Origin: an uncultured Thermococci archaeon
GTDB lineage: Archaea > Methanobacteriota_B > Thermococci > Thermococcales > Thermococcaceae
Length of the DNA stretch: 14,180 nt
NCBI GenBank assembly: GCA_964615185.1
Contig: CAZTOS010000062.1
Span: 1-14,180, forward strand
Direction of reading: 5' to 3'
Within the stretch, counting starts at the first letter, position 1; the number at the start of each line of letters is the position of its first letter. Below, piece after piece: positions 9,173-14,180 of the stretch. Below the pieces are notes generated by a model, which was not told the DNA's origin, ran no database searches, and saw nothing but the letters and a program-made list of their open reading frames with translations. The position numbers and the translations under genes were made by a program.

Positions 9173-10516
9173 TCACCTCCTTCTTTCAAGCGCTATGTAA
9201 ACAGCAACGGGTATAACCAAAGTCAAGACAATTAGCACTCCCACAACCCAACTCCTTGAAATTCCCCTGCAATGGCAAGGAACAATGTAGTAGTTGCTTT
9301 TCCTTACAGCACTCACTTCAAAGTTCATCAAATCCTCTTTTTTGATGCCAAGCATTCTTACACCAATCGGCGAATCAACTTCAACCCTTATCAATGGCGA
9401 AAAGTACCAGTCTTCCCCAATTATTTCAGCTGAATTAACTTTAATCTCACCGATTTCCAGGTATCTTCTTCCTTCATAATCCCTGACAAGAAAAACCCCA
9501 AGTCTCATAAAGCCCTTACCATAACCCTCAAGTACCGAGCATTCGTTGATGTATCCGTAATATTCGCTCTTACCAGAAATGCAAAGAACTCCATCAGAGT
9601 TAAGACTAATGTCAGCAACGTATGGATATGCAGGAACGCCAAGCTTTGCAACCAATAACTCACTCCCGTTCCAGAAGAAATCCAAAGTTAAGTTAAGCTC
9701 GTCCCAAGGAGGATAGCTAAGCTCTTCAAAGAGCATTCCATACCTTGTGAACTTTATCTTGCTAAGATTTACGGTTTCATTCATTGGAATAGCATAATAG
9801 ACCTTAACAATGGCTGGAGCGCTTAAACTAAGTGAATATCTTCCAGGGAGTAAAGGGGGATTAAAGGATGTGTATCCTTCTGAAACTTTGACACTTCCAT
9901 TATTATATACCAATGTTCCCTCCAGAGCTTTATTGTTCTTCTCCCCACTACTCTCAATTCGATGAATTTCAACCCCAAGCAAGCTTCCAAATGCTGTAAA
10001 GCTAAACTTTGAGCGAGCAAATCCATAAACTCCATGAATTTCAGCTGTTTTATAAGCAATGCGTATTCTCTTTGGAAATTTCATCTCATCCTTCGCCATA
10101 TAAACAACGATCTTCAGCGGCATAGCTTTTTCTGGAAACTTCAGCTTGAAATGGGCTATATAAAATCCAGAAGCAACGTTAAATTTGACGGAGAACTTTG
10201 CAGTGGCGTTGCTAAGCCAATGAATGCCAAAAGTTGAGGGCATCGAGATGTTTCCGTCAGCCCACTGAAGCCAGAATTTTCTCTCAACGGTGTTGTGAGA
10301 TGTATTAAAATAAACATCAAAACCCTTGAGCTTGTATCCGTGAGGTATTTTTACAGGGAGTTTAATGTAAAACTCCTCTGATGGAGTTTGATTAAGAGGT
10401 ATAACCTGTCCCGTTGTGTTTATTGATATGAAAGCTGTGTCAGTGGATTTAACTGCAAATCCGCTTACAAGGGGTAGCAAAAGTAAAAAGGCAAAAACTA
10501 AAGCCGCTTTTTTCAT
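9173..10516 (-). CDS. Uncharacterised secreted, C-terminally anchored cell-surface glycoprotein (447 aa)
   Basis: Signal peptide MKKAALVFAFLLLLPLVSG, about 10 sequons, C-terminal TM helix followed by ERRR; ATGA overlap with the upstream stop. Confidence 0.85.
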   Translation of the reverse strand: MKKAALVFAFLLLLPLVSGFAVKSTDTAFISINTTGQVIPLNQTPSEEFYIKLPVKIPHGYKLKGFDVYFNTSHNTVERKFWLQWADGNISMPSTFGIHWLSNATAKFSVKFNVASGFYIAHFKLKFPEKAMPLKIVVYMAKDEMKFPKRIRIAYKTAEIHGVYGFARSKFSFTAFGSLLGVEIHRIESSGEKNNKALEGTLVYNNGSVKVSEGYTSFNPPLLPGRYSLSLSAPAIVKVYYAIPMNETVNLSKIKFTRYGMLFEELSYPPWDELNLTLDFFWNGSELLVAKLGVPAYPYVADISLNSDGVLCISGKSEYYGYINECSVLEGYGKGFMRLGVFLVRDYEGRRYLEIGEIKVNSAEIIGEDWYFSPLIRVEVDSPIGVRMLGIKKEDLMNFEVSAVRKSNYYIVPCHCRGISRSWVVGVLIVLTLVIPVAVYIALERRR

Positions 10517-11505
10517 CTCCTCCACCTAAAGGCGATTATCAACGCAATAACAACGGCAATTGCAAAGACAAAGCTTCCATAATCGTCTTCAGGAGTGTAG
10601 AAGGTCTCTGAAGGTGAACCCTCAACACCATAAAAGCTCACGGTGCCAGCTATTTTACCAGAGCATGGTTCTCCAATTGATTCCAGATAGAGAGGATGTC
10701 TAACGTGCACAGACTTCCTAAATACCAGTTTATCTTTAAATATTTTAACCGAAAGATTTCCATCCCTCAGGCTCAGTGATATCCCGTACATCCCTGGCTG
10801 AAGTGATGATTCTGATTCATAACATTGACAGTAGCTCTCTGCCAGACATACACTACCATTATGCAGGCTGAGAATCGGACATGGTTCCTCTTTCCATCCA
10901 ACAACGGGATCGGAGAAGCCTCCTTCATAAATGTACGTAAAGTTTAGCTCAAACTCCCTCCAGTACGTTTTATTTGAAAACTCAAATGACCTGATTGCTG
11001 GCTCTTTTCTTGGACACCAGCTGGGAGGAATGAGCTTTAAAGGAAGCTTCATAGGGTTAATCTTTGAGGTCACAAAGACGAAGTCTTTCACGACAATCTC
11101 ACAGTTTTCAGCTCTTAGTGTTATGTTGAATGTGTAGGGGCCTCTGCTGAAGTTATAGTAAGGGGATGAATACAAATCCGCTTCAAAAATCGGGATGTAG
11201 AAGGGTTCTTTTTCAGATGAAGTGCCGTATTCCACATGAAGTTTCTTTCCATCCTTATCAACAATCTCAACTTCATTTTTTAATGTGCAGTTTCCAAGGG
11301 TAGAGACAAAGATTCCAGCCCAGTAGAGGTAATCAGTTGTGTTCAGCTCATAACCATACCACTCAAATGTCGTGTTGCCAAAATTAGCCCAAGCAAAAGT
11401 TGGTTTTTCAATTATCTTGTAGTTGTCAACAGAAAAGTTGAAGCTGTAAGCATTAACCAGCGGGAAAATATTCACAAGAATAAGCACTAATAAGAGTTTT
11501 CTCAT
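10513..11505 (-). CDS. Uncharacterised secreted, C-terminally anchored cell-surface glycoprotein (330 aa)
   Basis: Signal peptide MRKLLLVLILVNIFPLVNA, 10 sequons, 8 Cys, TM helix followed by RWRR; RBS AAGGTGA at 11510-11516. Confidence 0.85.
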   Translation of the reverse strand: MRKLLLVLILVNIFPLVNAYSFNFSVDNYKIIEKPTFAWANFGNTTFEWYGYELNTTDYLYWAGIFVSTLGNCTLKNEVEIVDKDGKKLHVEYGTSSEKEPFYIPIFEADLYSSPYYNFSRGPYTFNITLRAENCEIVVKDFVFVTSKINPMKLPLKLIPPSWCPRKEPAIRSFEFSNKTYWREFELNFTYIYEGGFSDPVVGWKEEPCPILSLHNGSVCLAESYCQCYESESSLQPGMYGISLSLRDGNLSVKIFKDKLVFRKSVHVRHPLYLESIGEPCSGKIAGTVSFYGVEGSPSETFYTPEDDYGSFVFAIAVVIALIIAFRWRR

Positions 11506-11531
11506 AATCTCACCTTCAAACGTTTTTGTTT

Positions 11532-11577
11532 TTACAATTGTAAGTGATATTTAAAAGCTTTGCCATAAGGTTAAATA
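11532..11577. promoter_or_regulatory. Back-to-back divergent promoters with a palindrome
   Basis: Minus-strand TATA TTTTAAATA (11548-11556) faces the surface operon; plus-strand TATA TTAAATA (11571-11577) faces the TPR gene; perfect palindrome TTACAATTGTAA at 11532-11543. Confidence 0.6.
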
Positions 11578-11609
11578 TTCAAAGCTCCAAAAATATTAGG
11601 GGTGAAGAT

Positions 11610-12569
11610 ATGGAGGAGATTCTCAAAGCAATCCAGGAGAAGGACTGCAAAAAAGTTGCAAGCCTTTTGTATTACAAGGCTGATGAGCTCAGTGAGGAGG
11701 ACTTAAAGGAGGTTCTTGAAAAAGCTGAGAAATTAGCCTTAGAATGTAAAGACTTTGAGCTTTACAAGTTGGTTGTTTATTATTATCTCGAATTCCTTGA
11801 AATTGATAAAATATCAGAATTTGAAAAGCTTGCTGAGAAAGAGGATACATTCGAAGCCAAATATCACCTTGCAGATTTGTATTTCCTAATCGGAAACCTT
11901 GAAAAGTCCCTTGATCTCTATAGGCAACTGTTAGAGGAAGAAACCGAGAGAGGAAACAAGGAGAACATCGCAAAGGTTTACTACAGTATGGCACTTATAC
12001 ATGAGGAGCTGATGGAGTACGACAAGGCACTTGAACTAATGGAGAAAGCAGAAGAAATCTTAAAAGAGCTTGGAAGAGAAGAAGATGTTCTTCACATTCA
12101 GATTTACAGGGCATATGTAACCTTTGAGAAAGGAGACATTCCAAGGGCAAAAGCAAAACTATCCGAGATTTTGCCAAAGGTTCTTGACAAGCCCCAGCTT
12201 AAAGCCCAAATTCACTTAGCATTGGAAGAAATATTTGAAGAGCAAGATAATTACGAAGCCGCTCTGCAGGAGTGTCTCTATGCCATGATAGAGGCTAAGA
12301 AAGGGGAGTACTTTGATATTGCATTTGATGCACTAATTGACGTAGTCTGGCAGCTCATGATAGAAGATGAATTCGAGATAATTTACAACAACATTGATAT
12401 GTTTGCCAATGCCGTTCCGGAGCTTAAGGACTTCTTTGAGGGCATTAAGGCAATTGCACTGTTTAAGGATGGTAAAATCGGAAGGGAAGAAGTAAGTGAG
12501 GCAGTACTTAAAGTTAAAGACAGAAGACTGCTTGATTTACTTGAATTCTTAGGCGAAGCTGAGCTTTGA
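11610..12569 (+). CDS. Acidic tetratricopeptide-repeat (TPR) protein, 319 aa
   Basis: TPR-like helical pairs (AKYHLADLYFLIGNLEKSLDLYRQLL; AKVYYSMALIHEELMEYDKALELMEKA); GGGGTGA RBS at 11599-11605 supports the ATG at 11610 rather than the GTG at 11544. Confidence 0.85.
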   Translation: MEEILKAIQEKDCKKVASLLYYKADELSEEDLKEVLEKAEKLALECKDFELYKLVVYYYLEFLEIDKISEFEKLAEKEDTFEAKYHLADLYFLIGNLEKSLDLYRQLLEEETERGNKENIAKVYYSMALIHEELMEYDKALELMEKAEEILKELGREEDVLHIQIYRAYVTFEKGDIPRAKAKLSEILPKVLDKPQLKAQIHLALEEIFEEQDNYEAALQECLYAMIEAKKGEYFDIAFDALIDVVWQLMIEDEFEIIYNNIDMFANAVPELKDFFEGIKAIALFKDGKIGREEVSEAVLKVKDRRLLDLLEFLGEAEL

Positions 12570-12597
12570 TTCTTTTTCAATTTTCATTGGTGATGGA

Positions 12598-13521
12598 ATG
12601 AAGATTAGGATTGCCAAGCTTGAAGATACCAGAGGTATCGTTGATGTTCACTGTTCCGATGTAGAAGAGTGGTATCACCACGAAAATGGACAGAGAGCAG
12701 ATACTGATTCCTACGACAATTTAACTCTTAAAGAAAGGTATTTGCACGGCGGACCCTGGATGAGCATTGAAACATGTGCCATTCATTTGAATAACCTCCT
12801 CCTTAACGGGCAGATTCCATTGGTAGCAGAAATTGGAGGCAGAATTGTTGGAGAATTGGAGCTGTTCATAAGCGAAGAGCGCATAAATGGAAGAATCAAG
12901 AAGATAGCTCACATAGATGTCCTTGAAGTTCACAGGGAGTTTAGAGGACAAGGAATAGGACGAGAACTCGTAAAAGCCGCTGAAGAGCTTGCAAGAAAAG
13001 AGAAATGTGAACTTTTAACAGTTACACCAGAGAAGGAAGCAGTAGGGTTTTATGAAAAAGTTGGAATTAAGGACATCCTCCACAAGGGTTGCTTCATTGG
13101 TCTCGACCTTTTAATGCTCCCGAATAAAGATGTTAAAGCTGAATTTAGTGTTCGAGAATTCTCTTGGAAAGAAGTTAAAGACAAAGAAATAATTCTCGGA
13201 AAATTTCAGAGCTCTTATCATCACTGGTTCACAGCATTCAAGGATAAAATAGCTGGGATAGATGATGCTCTTTACTTTGAGAGCGGGCAAATTGGAGAGA
13301 GCTATTACATCTTTGAGGGAAGCTTCTTTGGAAAAGACATTGCAACGTTATATGCATGGGGAGAAGACGCTGAAAAGCTTATTTTACAGATTGGAAATAG
13401 AGCAAAGGAGTTGGGATTTAGAGAGATCAGGACTTCAATCTCAGAAAAAGACCTTGAGAAAATTCAAGCTTTCAAGCCCAAAGTCCTTGATAGGTTTGTA
13501 ATCCTTGCGAAGATACTGTGA
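12598..13521 (+). CDS. GNAT-family N-acetyltransferase with a C-terminal extension
   Basis: MKIRIAKLED start, acetyl-CoA motif A LEVHREFRGQGIGRELV and AVGFYEKVG; GGTGA RBS at 12589-12593. Confidence 0.88.
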   Translation: MKIRIAKLEDTRGIVDVHCSDVEEWYHHENGQRADTDSYDNLTLKERYLHGGPWMSIETCAIHLNNLLLNGQIPLVAEIGGRIVGELELFISEERINGRIKKIAHIDVLEVHREFRGQGIGRELVKAAEELARKEKCELLTVTPEKEAVGFYEKVGIKDILHKGCFIGLDLLMLPNKDVKAEFSVREFSWKEVKDKEIILGKFQSSYHHWFTAFKDKIAGIDDALYFESGQIGESYYIFEGSFFGKDIATLYAWGEDAEKLILQIGNRAKELGFREIRTSISEKDLEKIQAFKPKVLDRFVILAKIL

Positions 13522-13522
13522 G

Positions 13523-14098
13523 CTAACCCAGAAGACGCTTTAAATCATGCTTTGTGTTTATGTTGAAGAAGCTCTCCTTAAATTCCTCCGGTAGATCGTC
13601 AATCAGAATGTAACAAGGCTCTACTTTCTCTATCGCTTTTCGTATCATGTACTCTCCTTTCTCTATCTGCTCCTTTAAAATTGGGAGAAAATCCTTGGAG
13701 TAAACAGCATGCAGTGGCTCTATATAGCCATTTGCCCACATTGGGATGCATGCCAAGGACTTACTCTCATAAAAGCGTTCAACAATATAGTCCACAAATT
13801 TTGGATTTATTAGGGGTAAATCTCCAGCCGCAATGAAGGCGTCGCCAACCTCTTTTAGAGCTACAAAAATGCCACCAATCGGCCCAACCAAGAGGTCATC
13901 AATCAGAACTCTAAACCCCAACGCCTCAAAGTCTTCCTTTTTTTCTTGGCATGTAACAGTTACTACATCATCAATGCTGTTAGCCTTCAGTAGCCGCTCT
14001 ATGGTGTGCATGATAATAGGCTTTCCATCAACTTTGTAGAGGAGCTTATTCTCCCCAAATCTTTTAGAGCTGCCTCCCGCCAGCACTGCAGCTTTCAT
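13523..14098 (-). CDS. mobA: Molybdenum/tungsten cofactor guanylyltransferase
   Basis: VLAGGSSKRFG.NK, GPIGGI, AGDLP, EPLHAVY and FFNINT motifs; TATA-like TTTTTAAA about 33-40 nt upstream. Confidence 0.92.
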   Translation of the reverse strand: MKAAVLAGGSSKRFGENKLLYKVDGKPIIMHTIERLLKANSIDDVVTVTCQEKKEDFEALGFRVLIDDLLVGPIGGIFVALKEVGDAFIAAGDLPLINPKFVDYIVERFYESKSLACIPMWANGYIEPLHAVYSKDFLPILKEQIEKGEYMIRKAIEKVEPCYILIDDLPEEFKESFFNINTKHDLKRLLG

Positions 14099-14180
14099 GT
14101 TCTCCCCAATTCTCTATTTAATTAAGGTGTTTAAAAATATGTTGGGCTGTTTTCTTGATTGGAACAATCGAAATATTCGG

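Noticed and set aside
6548..11505. Canonical CGP-CTERM/PGF-CTERM proteins, S-layer proteins, pilins or archaellins
   Set aside because: No CGP or PGF motif before the TM helix, no class III signal peptide and no recognisable S-layer signature.

Overview
Archaeal genomic DNA, almost certainly Thermococcales (Thermococcus-like), judged from the proteins, the GGAGGTGA/GGTGA ribosome-binding sites and the BRE/TATA promoters. From left to right: (1) the 5' end of an IS607-type tnpA and its putative left end, followed by an AT-rich spacer. (2) A minus-strand sugar/osmolyte block: mpgS, ADP-glucokinase glkA and cupin pgiA, with a TGM (TrmBL1/Tgr) motif upstream of pgiA. (3) A minus-strand block of rnz, a TraB-domain gene, a zinc-ribbon gene, a 59-aa KH-domain gene missing from the ORF track, and an M50 site-2 protease. 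(4) A translationally coupled tandem array of four divergent, apparently paralogous cell-surface proteins, each with a signal peptide, many N-glycosylation sequons, cysteines and a C-terminal anchor; the last copy is broken by two frameshifts. (5) A divergent TPR gene and a GNAT gene, then a convergent mobA. The uncharacterised surface-protein array (6548-11505) is the best candidate for an undescribed system. All calls are from reading the sequence by eye; no searches were run.
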